From Octopus sinensis (lineage: Eukaryota), in assembly GCF_006345805.1 (NCBI RefSeq), contig NC_043000.1, positions 67,704,001 through 67,768,000 on the forward strand: a DNA stretch of 64,000 bases, written 5' to 3'. The notes under the pieces were generated by a model. That model had not been told where the DNA came from. It saw nothing but the letters and a program-made list of their open reading frames with translations, and did no database searches. Positions 27,401 to 39,879 of the stretch are shown piece by piece (position 1 is the first letter of the stretch; each line of letters begins with the position of its first letter). The position numbers and the translations under genes were made by a program.

Positions 27401-28150
27401 TATTTTATGTATGTATTCTCATGCATATAGTTACATATCTAGACATATATATATTTAAATGATAAACTTCTGGAAAATTTTACAGATTTTTACAGTTCCA
27501 GTGATGAACTGGATCTGTAGTCCTCGAATCAGCATTCTCCTTTCTGGTTTTGAGAAGCCTAATTTCTCAAGATTGGTATTTAGGCAGTGGGTTGCATATC
27601 CCAGGGCTCCAATAATAACAGGTATAAACCTGAACTTGTGATCTGGATAGAGTAACTGCAGGTTTTTCAATAGTTCAGCATAGATGTTCTCTTTCTCACT
27701 GATCTTCAGCTTTCTGTTAACATCCGCTGGGCAGCTAATTTCCACAACTGTGTGCAGCTTCTCTTCTCTATCCTAAATCATTATATCAGGCCTGTTGTGC
27801 TTGCATTTTATTGAGGTCTTCACTGGTACATTCCACCAGTATCCTTTTTTATTGTGTGTGGCTATGGCTTCTACCATATTGTGGGTTCTTATTTCTTTGT
27901 CCTTGAGATTATCCTTCCGACAGATTTCATTAACGAGTGTCCTAGCTACAATGTCATGTCTCATGGTTAAAAGATGTTGCTGAAGGGATGTGATGCGACA
28001 TTCAAAGGCATTTTGGATCGATGTTAAGCTTCTTCCGTCTTGTTTTCGTTTTAGGTATAGGCGGTCTACATCACTGTTTATGTGGAAATCATATGTGCTT
28101 GTTAGTATCTGTCGGGTTTTCATATCAATGGCTCGGATCTCGTCAAGCGT
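27196..28150 (-). mobile_element. R4/Dong-clade non-LTR retrotransposon, 5'-truncated
   Basis: DVDRLYLKRKQDGRSL, RHD, and restriction-like endonuclease HNRPDIMI...VEISCPAD...KENIY...IPVIIGALG; the 3' UTR contains (CATA)n. Confidence 0.85.
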
Positions 28151-28195
28151 CCATGTATATATGTATGTATGTATGTATGTATATATGTATATATG

Positions 28196-28229
<34 letters not shown>

Positions 28230-28299
28230 TGTGTGTATGTATGTATGTATGTATGTATGTATGTGTGTATGTATGTATGTATGTGTGTATGTAGTTGTT

Positions 28300-28700
28300 T
28301 ATGTATGTTTTGTTTTATGTATGTATTCTCATACATATAGCTGCATATCTAGACATGCTCATATATACTTAAATGATAAACCTCTGGAAAGTTTTACAGA
28401 TTTCTATAGTTCCAGTAATCGCTTGGCACTGTAGTCCTCGAATTAGCTTCCTCTCTGGTTTTGAGAAGTATAATTTCTCAGATTGGTATTTAGGTAGTGT
28501 GTTATATGTGCCAGTGCTCCGATAATTACGGGAATAAACCTGAACTTGTAATCTGGATAGAGCAACTGTAGATTTCTCAACAATTCGGCGTAGGTATTTT
28601 CTTTTTCGCTGATCTTTAAGTTTTATGTTAACATCCGCTGGGCAGCTGATATCCACTATTATACAATTTCTCTTCTCTATCCCAAATTACTATGTAAGGT
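28300..28700 (-). mobile_element. R4/Dong-clade element, second tandem 3' fragment
   Basis: DISCPADVNIKLK...; same ORF end and 3' UTR start as the copy at 27196-28150. Confidence 0.8.
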
Positions 28701-30053
28701 ATATTATGCATGCCTGTATGTATTTATGTATATATGCATGTACATGTGTGTTTGTGCGCGCGCGCATGTGTGTGTGTGTGCGTGCATGCGCGCGCGTGAA
28801 TTTATGTTTGTATCCCATTAGCTCGTGGTCGGCTAATAAAGAAAGATAAAATAAGTACCAGACTAAAATATTAGTACTGGGCTCGGGATGTGGTGAATAA
28901 ATTGTCGTCTAAATTACGCAAAATGAAAATAACACAGACATCTCATTTTAACAGATATATTTACCAAAATTACATGAAAATATCTTGAAATACTAAAAAG
29001 TAAATTTATTCAATAAAATCGCCACTGGTTAAAATATACACTGCCGGAAGTTGTTGAAAAACAACAGCAGTAATTTTATTCAGCTGAATACACGTCATTG
29101 ATTGGTTGAAATTACCGAAATACGAGAACTTTAACACGAAATAACTTTGAAGGTGTTTTATATGACACATTCTACCAGTGTCTGCAGTTTAAAAGTGTTT
29201 AGTTAAAAAAAATTATTTTCTAAATCTGCCGATCAAAAGGTAAAGATCCTAAACCTTGACTCAATCATCATTTTTATTATACTTGCCTAATAATTTGTCA
29301 CGGGGAAAATGTTGCCCAATCACTAAAATTAGCGCCATTTGTTGGCGTCTGCGCAGATCCGATTTATTTTAAAAGAATGTCCGCAGATAGGTGTTGCCAA
29401 CGGTCAGTGTGAAAACAACTGGTTTTGAATAAATATGCATTTATTTATTGAGAGATGGTTTATTTGCTTAATAATGTGGAATGCAGCGTATATCACCGTT
29501 GAATAAATGGTAGTTGGTAAATGGCCGCGTCATATACTTTTATTGGTTCTACTGTTGGTAACAGTAGTTAGGTATGCCCGTTAACATAGCATTACGCTAA
29601 TCACTGACTGATAGTTCGAAATAGTCGATGTAGTGCTGCTACTAATGGTACACTTGTTGCTCTGCCGACCCCTGTTGCTACCAACAATTAGGCGTACCAG
29701 TTAATAGAGCATTATGCTAAGCACTGATTGATTGAGACAAATTAACTCAATTAATTCAGATCGTAAAATTAAATCTGTGTCTTTCTTATACCTGTGCGAG
29801 TTCACATCACTGGCGCGCTCTGCGTATTGGCGCTCTGCGTATTGGCGCTCTGTGTATTGGCTTCTTTTCATCGAGAGAGATTCATTACAATGATTAACAT
29901 CATATGTATTAAAAATTTAGCAATTCGTTTCTTTATAAATTCATACATTGGTTCTTTCGAATCGCAAACATTGACCAACGGTAGAATACCTCGGTATATT
30001 AGTTACTGACGTAAAGAAAAGATATTGTTATATATTACCCCACAGTAGTCGCA

Positions 30054-30227
30054 GGCATGGCTGTGTAGTTGAGAAATACGCTTCGCATCCACGTAGTTTC
30101 GGTTTCAGGCTAATTGCGAAGCACTTTGGAACCTTGGGCAAGTGCCTTCTACTCTAGCCCCATGCCGACCAATGCTTTGTCAGTAAATTTGGTAAGTGGA
30201 ACCTGTGTAAAGGCTCGTCTTGCGTGC

Positions 30228-30259
<32 letters not shown>

Positions 30260-30475
30260 GCGTGCGTGTCTTTGTGCTTTTACCCCACATAACTACTTGA
30301 CATCTGGTGTTGGGTATTTTGCGTCCCCGTAACTTAGCGGTTCAGCCTAACAGACTAATAGAATAAGTATCAAACTTTGAAAATAAGTACTGACGTCTAT
30401 TTGATTGACTAAGCCCTTTTAGGCGCTACCCCCAGCGTGTCCGCTCTCCAATAACTGAGAAAAGTAAAAAGATAA
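30054..30475 (+). mobile_element. SINE family B
   Basis: ggcatggctgtg...accttgggcaagtgccttctac...ccccgtaacttagcggttc...aataagtac. Confidence 0.75.
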
Positions 30476-30664
30476 TTTGGAAGTGGAAACTGCAGTTCCC
30501 GATAATTCATGGCTTTATTGTTCGTATCCTCTTAATTATATTTTATTCTTTTTTTTCTCTCAAGATGGCGCTTATGTCTAATAGCATTACTTTTTATCAG
30601 AAATTATGATAATTTATTTTTGTCGTTGGTTCTATAGATTCTTTGTTTCTGTTTTACATTTTAG

Positions 30665-30887
30665 GTATCAAAGTCGCCCGAAAGATGCTCCAGACTGACG
30701 CCATGAAAGAACTTGGAGTTGAAATCATTAACGAGCTTCATCCCATTTGTTCCCAATACACTTTTGATACAGATGATTATTGGGGATGTTTAGTTCGATA
30801 TTATACTTTTGTCATGTACCACCCTACATCGACATGCAAGATGGGGGCTCTTAATGATTCGTCCGCAGTTGTAGATCCACAATTAAG
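30665..30887 (+). CDS. GMC oxidoreductase exon containing the catalytic His
   Basis: tttAG acceptor; ...DTDDYWGCLVRYYTFVMYHPTSTCKMG...AVVDPQLR; His codon at 30820-30822; AG|gtaag donor; 223 nt. Confidence 0.95.
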
Positions 30888-32649
30888 GTAAGTCACCGAT
30901 TTTAATTCTGCTTTATCTGTAATGGTTTGCTACATCTAAAATATTTGTGTAATATGTAAAAATATTAAATTCTTCACGCAATATATTCGACGTTGAGGTT
31001 GTAATACAAATTAAGCCAGAAGAAGTTGTTTCTTAGTTCCAGGTCAGTTCTGACAAATAGCCTTATGTCTAATCAAAGGCATTCTTGTTGTGACCAAACT
31101 GTCTTTATCCTATGTACAATCTACCCAGAATCACATTATCAAATGTTATCAAATAAGACAATAGGATATGTTTTGGGAAAATATTTGATTGTTATATCTA
31201 TCAGGCTAAGTAACCACGGAGTGATTTCATTGTTGACTCATATCTAAAGAAATAAATCTAATTTAATCAGGGCAACATCAAAAGGACTAGAAAAGTATAA
31301 GTGAGTTATTTTACTGTGTAATAAAGAACAGGAAAATCCAATGACGCTAAAGAACTTTGCGTCAAAGAGAGACTGGGTCGCCTGCTTTCTAATCCTACTC
31401 TAAAATGCTTCACTTAATTCTCTTTACTAAAATGACTTTCAAATAAAGAATCTTCAAACCATACCCGTCGCTAAGAGGATGCACTAGACAGCACTACCCC
31501 CTCATTATTCAGTGGTGCATCCTCAGATTTACAGTGATACACTTATTTCAAAACTTTACTTTAGCATTCTTACAAATTAGTGCCCACCCTGAATATTCTG
31601 AAGCATCCCCAGGCACCAAAGTCTGGCGATGGTTCTGCTTCAGACTAATGGATGTCTTTCAAACTTAGTACAAAATATGGGACGCTAAATGGCCTCCTTA
31701 TCGTAAATAATCTAAAAATTAAGAAAATGCACCTTGACCTTCTATCACATCCTACCCAATGATATGTAAGTGATACCATCATGCTTAAGCGAGATCCACG
31801 AAATCAACTACTACTTTAATAGGGTCCAAGCAGTCTAAAACTTCAAAAATAAAAGTTTCAGTATGTAATGACTTTCATAGCTAATTGGGCCCTACTTGAT
31901 CCTTCATCACAGACCAGAATATGAGAGAGCTTATCCAAAAGGGATCAAAAAAGTAATATTTTCCACTCGATATTTGCATAATACAAGGCCTGAAATTCTA
32001 ACACACAGTAAACAGATTTGTTCTATACAAGATGTGTTTCGATGACATGACTCAGATGAGGTCCATGTAGAATGCATTCGAAAATGGCTATTGGAAAGAA
32101 GCTATATAAGCCAAGGTTTGTAATGTGCGACATATTCTCGCAGTGTAAGTCAACCCACTTAGCTTTCCGCTAGATAATCCACATAGAGTGTTTGCAAGAA
32201 AACCTATAAGTGGTTGTTTAACCGGCAATAAAGTACAGTTAAATCTTCTTCAGATACTTACCATCTTCAAAACGGTTAAATATACAGTGTAAAAGAAAAT
32301 GGGCTGATCAATTCGAGAATATTGCGAGAACGATACACGTGCGACACGTTTCTTTCAGCACATGCACGTATACACGACCGGAAAACGACAAAAGCTACAA
32401 TTCTGCATAAAGTAGGCTCTAAACTCCTTGCAAAGTCAAGTCATTCACAAAATCTTCCAAGTACACATAAAATCTCTACGAAATGATATTTCTAAATATC
32501 TAATAACAATAATATACTTTACGAAGAATAACATTAGTGACAACAACGACTTTGAAAAGCAGAAGTACTATTATTTCCCTTCACAATTCCAAAACACCAC
32601 AAAAGCAATGCCCCAGCATGGCCACAGTTCAATAACTGAATCATACAAA

Positions 32650-33460
32650 AGATAAAAGATGAAAGATATCACGTGGCACTTTAATCTTCATATAGAAAAT
32701 CAACGAGAGAGATTTCAACGCACATAAGACCTCAAACAGTTCAGATAATGTATAAGAAGCTGCTACTTGACTCTCTTTAAATCCTAAACAATCCACACCA
32801 ATACATACACCTACTTCCCCAAGCTAACTAAACAATTCTTTCCCCAGACATCACCTTCTGCTCCACATGCCTATCACAACCACTTGGCAAACAATTTCCT
32901 GACTTTCCTCACTTCACCCACAAATTATCTTTACAACACATTTTCTCATCAATGCGGAAGGCGAAATAGATTTACAAACTAACGAAACCTGTGAAAATCA
33001 AGATTTTAGGGAATTCGACAACGCACCAATAACCAGAATAGATACTGCAGTGTATACGCTGAGAAAAAATAACTGTAGACTAATCAAAAAGCATATCTCA
33101 AGAGTTAACATAAAAGTTATAATCCTGAAATAACCAACCTCATAAAAATCAGACACAACCTCAAACACAAAGTATCAACACTAGATACAACTGAAATAAA
33201 TCTCAGTATCAAACAACTGATTAATGAAATACAAATATATAAATCTTAGAAAAGGAACCAATAAAAGCTACAACACTAATAGTAAAACACTATATAGAGT
33301 TAGTAGCATCATCAACAATGGCAAAAAACAATCTCAAATAATATGGCTACGCAGCGACACCAAGCAAACGACTTCCTCACACTTTTCTCGAAAATCATGT
33401 ATCAAAAACCATACAGTCAATAAACACAAAACGAAAAATATTTATAACCCAGCTTGACCA
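32650..33460 (+). mobile_element. Highly decayed LINE (I/Jockey-like AP endonuclease region)
   Basis: A-rich strand; PDITFCSTCL...TTWQTI-like segment; weak by-eye similarity only. Confidence 0.35.
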
Positions 33461-33559
33461 CAATTTTTAATTCCTTTCTATCTTAGTGCAGTAGAAATTT
33501 TTAGTTGAGAAAGGCAAAAGCATGTTACCTTCCTCATGTAATAGATACCATTAGAGTTG

Positions 33560-34500
33560 AAAATAATGCTGACATTGTGGTTGCTATCGAGAAAGTCTAA
33601 GGGAAGAGAGTTAAGGCAGTATTGAATGTTAAACGATACAATTTTCATTTGGAGAAGGAAATTGTAGCTGAATCCTACTTTCGCAGATTACCACCAGATC
33701 ATTGCCGCGAGATAGTGAAACCTCTAAAGTCTTATTTATCAAGGAAATTGTAGAAAAGCTCAAGTGGAAAAGATGAAATGCATCGGTAGTTTAATGATTT
33801 TAACATAAATAAAGAATTTTTCAAAATGTCTGAAGAAGTTCCTCCCACTTGAAACATTTGTCAAAGATACAAGCAGACCGAACCAGGACCAGTGGCGAGT
33901 TTTTTATTGACAACTGTTTTCAATAGGACGCTGCTTAGAACCCAAAGGAAATTCAAGAACACATCTTTTATATGGTTGAATGTAGTCAATACAATCTTCA
34001 GCATGTTTTCTACGCACTGGGTTTCATACTTTGGCTTGCCTAAAAATATTTTGACCGTAAAAAGGCGTATATAAACCAGAACGTCAGAATGTAAATGGGA
34101 TTGTAAGAGCTACGGCAGTGCAAAGCTCATGAATAGTGTAACTGAACGTTACAGTGGAATTCTTGGAGCTATTGATAGTTAAGGAACACTGAATGATTAT
34201 AAATATCCTTTTGAACTTCAGTTGGCTGTTCAGAGAGTGCCAAAGTACTCTACAGAATTGTCATGGACATAACCCAAACTAGTTGGTGCAAAATGAGTTT
34301 GCATTTACTCTCTGTATTGGTACGTCAGCCACAAAATTTGGGAGAGCTGAGATCGTCACAGAGAATTTGAAAGCGGTGCATGCTGCAAAAAAGCCTACAT
34401 CGAGAGTAAGTCTTCTGAAAAGCTTACAAAAGCTTTAAGACACCAAATTAGGTAATCTCTTGCTTAGAAATATCAGAATGATGGCCTTGTTTATGACAGG
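33560..34500 (+). mobile_element. Gypsy LTR-retrotransposon integrase remnant
   Basis: ICQRYKQ..P, STHWVSYFGLPKNILT, NSVTERYSGIL, AVHAAKKAYIESKSSEKL.KALRHQIR; multiple stops and frameshifts. Confidence 0.65.
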
Positions 34501-35409
34501 AAAACTAGAGAAACTCTCCAAGTTTTTGTATGGTTTGCATGATGCTTCTAGGTCCAGATATCATGCCGTAAAGTGTGAATTAGTTACATTAGGAGCCAAG
34601 ATATCTAAATATGATCAAGCTATCATAAAAGAAATTTATCTTTCCGCGCAAGTGGATGATTATTGTTGGATGCGGGCTTCCAAGTTTTTTGGCGCGTCTT
34701 TTATTGGCATAATCAAATTTGACTTTTGTTGTGAGGGCGGAAGAATCCTAGATATTAAGCGAAAAGATATCTTCGTCAACCAGACGGGGGTTTGAAGGAT
34801 GATTTGAAACCTATTCTTGTTCAAACTAACCCTAACCCTAACTCAAATTTATGATAAACTGAATTGGATTGCCATACAAAGAAGGCTAGGCCTTAGCTTT
34901 TATGTTAGTCAGTTTAGTTCATTTATGAAGAAAAGGAAATTAGTGTATAAGACAACCTAACAAAAAAACGCATAACAATTACAAATTTGTATTCTGAATC
35001 CTGATTTGTATGAGCTAGATTGTACCCGACAGGGTCACATCATTCGACAACATGGAGAACGGCAGCTCTTAGGGCGGGCAACTAACTTTGTGCTTGGAAA
35101 TAATGACAACTTCTTTCCACCTGTATTGACAAATTAATGTGGTCCTTTAGATTTATCAAGATTACCAAGCGGTTTATATTTTGACCACTGGGGTCGATAT
35201 AATCGACTTACCCACTCCGTCGAAATTGCTGGCCTTGTGCCTAGAGATCACTTATTGGCTAGCAAAGCGAAAAACATTGCGCTCAACATGGAACTCAGAG
35301 TTACGATTCTGAGATGAACAACCTTGTGCTCTACCGACCGAGTTAGCTGCACAGCTGGGTACAACTTATTGTTGAAAAATACATTGTAATATAAATGTTA
35401 GAAGAGGTT

Positions 35410-35620
35410 AAGGAGACGAGCTGGCAGAATCGTGAGCACGCCGGACAAAATGCTTAGCAATATTTCGTCTTTACGTTCTGAGTTCAAATTCCGCAGAGGC
35501 CGACTTTGCTTTTCATCCTTTCGAAGTAGATAAAATAAGTACCAGTTGAGCACGAGGATCGATGTAATCGACTTACCCTCTCCCCAGAACCTGATGGGCT
35601 TGTGCTAAAATGTGAAACCA
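35410..35620 (+). mobile_element. tRNA-derived SINE, family A
   Basis: gagctggcagaatcgtgagcacgccggacaaaatgc...gttcaaattccgc...tttcatcctttcg...aagtaccagttgagcac. Confidence 0.85.
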
Positions 35621-35853
35621 GTATAGATATTAGAAGACATCTTCTAACATTTATATTAGTTTCACATTTTGTTGGAATGTTGATGATACGGTAAAAAGAG
35701 TAATTTGTAGAAATATTGCATGTTCTTTTCCTAATTGTAATGTCGACTAAAATATGGACACGAACGCTGATTAAAAAACAAAAGCAAAAATTAATTTCTT
35801 TGACGAACTTTCATTTCTCTCGGTCTCCAAATCATATTTTACTTTTTTTTCAG

Positions 35854-36016
35854 GGTCAAAGGTGTTACCAATTTAAGAGTTGTTGATGCTTCGATTATGC
35901 CAGAAATAACTTCGTCGAAGACCAACGCACCTACGATTATGATTGCCGAGAAAGCAGCGGATATGATCTTGAACCGAGCACCACTCAAACCAATCCGAAC
36001 AAAACGAAAAGTATAG
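35854..36016 (+). CDS. GMC oxidoreductase last coding exon
   Basis: ttttcAG acceptor; [39 protein letters not shown]...KRKV* (TAG 36014-36016); 163 nt; the 10 exons total 1706 nt and stay in frame. Confidence 0.95.
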
Positions 36017-36067
36017 TTACTTCGGAAAATAAAGAGAAACACTTTTTTTAAATGATTTACAGACATC

Positions 36068-36098
<31 letters not shown>

Positions 36099-36195
36099 CA
36101 AATATATATTCATGTAAGTTTCTATATATATATATATAGAGAGAGAGAGAGGGAGAGAGAGAGAGAGAAAGAGAGAGAAAGAGGGAGGGAGAGAG

Positions 36196-36226
<31 letters not shown>

Positions 36227-36789
36227 AAGAGAGAGAGTAAGCACATAAATATGAAATAAGGTGGGAAAAAATAGTACTCGAATACTGAAGGTAGAGTAAC
36301 GTGCTTTATTATTAAAGCTGCAAAAACATCACAAAAACTGCTACTCAGAGGTTCACGTTCCCGTTCGTCGAAGTTGTGATTCAGAATCACAACTGCCAGA
36401 CGAACATGAACGTGAAACTATGAGTAGCTGGGTTTTTTGTGATGTTTTTGCATCTTTAATAATAAAGTATATATATATATGTGTATACATGTGTGTTTCT
36501 GTACACACACACGCACACACAGACACACACACACATATATATATATATGCATGTATGTATGTATGTATGTATGTATGTATGTATGATGTATGTATGTATG
36601 TATGTATGTACGTACATGTACACATGTGTAGATATACATACATACGTTTATATAAATTATAAATACACAATACACGGATATATTTTTATTTTCTTATTTT
36701 TTATTTGTGTCTGGCGAAAGACCTTTGCACCTCTACCCCACATCTGAGACCGGCGAATATCATGCTGTTAATGGTCCATTTAAATGTTA

Positions 36790-38160
36790 CATCACAACAC
36801 CTGTAAGAAAGACATGAGCATGGAGAAGATCCCAGACGGCCGATGTTCTAGGACTAGGAATAATGGTTCGTGCGGGTCCAACGGGGTCGTATGCACGAGA
36901 GGTGGAAAGATAAGTAGGTCGGGAATGCTTAAGTGATAGAGGTGCAAGACAAGTCAGCTCCGATGAGCAGAGGCGTTTATGGTTGTGATCGAAAAAATAG
37001 AGTGTGGAACATGTTAATGACTGGATTCCAGTTACTCAAGTGGCCTTCTCTGGAAGCAGTCCAATGTCTGTACGTGCATAACAGATTTACTCCACTGTGG
37101 GTCTCACTTGAACTTTGTAGAGTGGCAGCAAATGCTTGGGCCAAAATATTTTCTGGCCTTGAAGAGAAGGATTAGTCTTTGGAATGTAATTCTAGATATG
37201 TTAGGGAAGTGTTATCGCTGAGAGCGATCTTCAGTGATTGTGGGACTTAGCATTTGGAGCCACTGTGAGCACCACCGAGAGCAGGACTCAAGCAGCGTCC
37301 TCCTCTCGGGGGTGCTTTCTTGATATGAGTAGTGTTTGAGTTTTATTGTTGTTAAAAGAGAAAACAAAGGATAGCATGTCCCCACTGAAGAATAGTCTCA
37401 TGTTGTTCTTTTATAGAATCAATGTCGGTTTTACATGTAGAGTTTAGATTGCTTGTGAATGGTACATGGTTGGGGAAATTTAAGGAGGAATGAAAGGGTG
37501 CGCCATCTGTAAAAGAGTGGGTGTTGTTGGATGTGGCAACAAGTAAATCGTTAATGTACAGAATGAAAATTAGGCGACAAATCCGAATCCTGGGGAACGC
37601 TAGAGTTAGTTGAATGCGGCGAAGAAAGAGCTCCGTCAATATACGGCTACGATTTAAAACATGAGAGTTGGATGAAGGACGGTGACTTTGGAGAGAAGAG
37701 ATGTTAGATAAATGTTCTCAACGCAGGAGGAGATTTAGTCAGAGTTTAATAAGTTAGGAGAGTGCTAGAATGAGCTCATGTACTTGAAATAATGAGCGGG
37801 GGAAATTCTGAGACAGAGAAACTGGGAGTCGTTATCGTAGAAATCTAGAAAGAGAACAGAGTATGGAATCTACGTATACACAGACACTACCTTTTGGGGC
37901 AGAGATGGTTTGTAGGTGAGGATTAAGAAATGTGTGCTTCAGAGAAACTAGGGTGGGTGGTTTGTGTAGGAGAATAAGGTGAACTGTGAGATCTAGGTGG
38001 GAGAGAAGTATTTGAATGTTTCAAAAGAGAAGGAAAAATTGACTAAAGGATTTGGATCAATTGTTTGACATTGGTGGTGTGTGAAAAGTCTCAGAAATCC
38101 TCGAGTCGGAGACCTTGTCTGAGTCTTAGCAAACTGTGCGAACTCTTCTAAGTGCACCAA
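36790..38160 (-). mobile_element. CR1/L2/Jockey-like LINE remnant
   Basis: LIFILYINDLL...THSFTDGA (LFxxYINDL...FADD) reverse transcriptase motif; degraded upstream and downstream sequence. Confidence 0.7.
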
Positions 38161-38602
38161 AGGATCAGATAGTGGTTTTACACACACACACACACACACA
38201 CACGTAGTATCTTCTACGCAGATTCACCTGTATGTATGCATGCATGAAGATGTGTGTGTGTGACGCGCACCTATCGTTCATACTGTCACATGACACTGTA
38301 CGCAGACCTCAGTGAAAAGCTAAGCAAATTATATGCCTGAACTCGTGACCACCTTCAACCAGTCAAACTGCATCTTAACTGTTAACAACTCGTGCCATAA
38401 ATCTACTCATAATAAAATGCTTATTTTAAAATTCCGTTTAGAAGTGAAACAATCACATCTTAGCTTCACGTCCGTCTCATCTCAGACTACTTTTGAAAGT
38501 CATTCTATACTGTGAAACCGATTAAGTTAATGTAAATAAATCTTACTAAAGACTCTAAATGCATTTCAAATTCATTTCTTTGAGTTGGTGTGTGTAGATA
38601 TG

Positions 38603-38665
<63 letters not shown>

Positions 38666-38840
38666 ATAATAAATATTAGGGAATGAATCCAAAATTACAG
38701 GGAAAAATCAGATTTAGGGTTAAATCCAATTTTATAGTAAAATATTATATAATATAATTCGAGACAAAACCACTATTTTAAAACCAAACAAGGAAAGACT
38801 TAATCAATACATAAAATTTTAATATAAATTAAATAAACCG

Positions 38841-38884
38841 CTACTACAAATGTTTCATGTCTGCTACCGACAATCTTCAGGTGG
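38841..38884 (-). ncRNA. Minimal hammerhead-ribozyme-like motif between inverted arms
   Basis: CCAC-CUGAAGA-U-UGUC...GACA-U-GAAA-CA[UU]UG-UA^-GUAG. Confidence 0.45.
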
Positions 38885-38994
38885 ATTTTGGATCTTCTAA
38901 TCAGTATCGGCGGTTTATTTAATTTATATTAAAATTTTATGTATTGATTAAGTCTTTCCTTGTTTGGTTTTAAAATAGTGGTTTTGTCTCGAAT

Positions 38995-39045
<51 letters not shown>

Positions 39046-39497
39046 AATATGTGTGTGTATGTGTGTATACACACATGCATACATGTACACACATACACAC
39101 AGATAGTGAGAGAAAATGAGGGAAGGAGAGAGAGGGAGAGGGAGACATATCCCCACCCCAGTACACACTGTAAAGACTTTGGTTTCAGAAATGGCATTCA
39201 GTCGAAGGAGCCATACCACAAATAAAATTAAACGTTCGAGAAGGAATTCTCCGACTCTTTTGAATATGTTCTAAAATTAGATATCCCTGGTGGGAGGTGT
39301 TCTGCCACAGAGTTATCTTTGTGTGGAGTGTATACGAAATGATAAAGCGATATCTCTGCTTACTAGTATGAAAAGAAAGCCATTACAAAGGAATTTTTTA
39401 ATGATTATCTGTCCTTGGAGATCCTGCATGCCAATGACTTGGTTGTAAATTTGAAACAGACATGGAACCAAATCCTGGAAAGGCTTTAAAGAAAACT

Positions 39498-39713
39498 TAC
39501 GAAGGGGTACTGAAAAGTTACTGAATTGGGGTAAAGAAAATACAGGAGGATCAGGTAATTATAATTTTATTCAGCATATTTCCCTCTCAGATTCACACAA
39601 TTATTGCAGGGGTCCTTCAGTTTTCTAAACCCTGTAAAAGAATTCGGAAGGGTGGGCCTCTAACCAGGCCCTTCGCGACACCCTTAAGGCAAGGAACTTT
39701 TCAGAATCCCCTT
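39498..39713. mobile_element. mariner-type MITE
   Basis: TIRs tacgaaggggtactgaaaagtt / aacttttcagaatcccctt; a related partial copy lies at 43388-43538. Confidence 0.7.
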
Positions 39714-39879
39714 GAAACTAAATGAAATACTCTAGGGAGAAAGAAGGAAGACAAAACTTTATTACCATCAGGGAAATAACCGTGATTAGTATGGAGAAAA
39801 GGAATAGGCAGAAATTCTATACGGTATGCCCAGTATAATAATGGACGCGCGATAATTGTTATTAGGTCTCCTGCAGGCA

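Noticed and set aside
29808-29860. Three copies of a 15-bp unit (tggcgctctgcgtat); also the 14-bp units at 50300-50380
   Set aside because: Contiguous minisatellites without spacers; not CRISPR-like and no function is evident
34826-34843. ctaaccctaaccctaac telomeric motif
   Set aside because: Only about two units; expected by chance or inside a repeat
36002-36016. C-terminal -RKV as a peroxisomal PTS1 signal
   Set aside because: It does not fit the (S/A/C)-(K/R/H)-(L/M) consensus
6849-36016. Bacterial origin (horizontal transfer or contamination) of the GMC gene
   Set aside because: Nine canonical spliceosomal introns filled with host repeats, and animal-type GMC motifs
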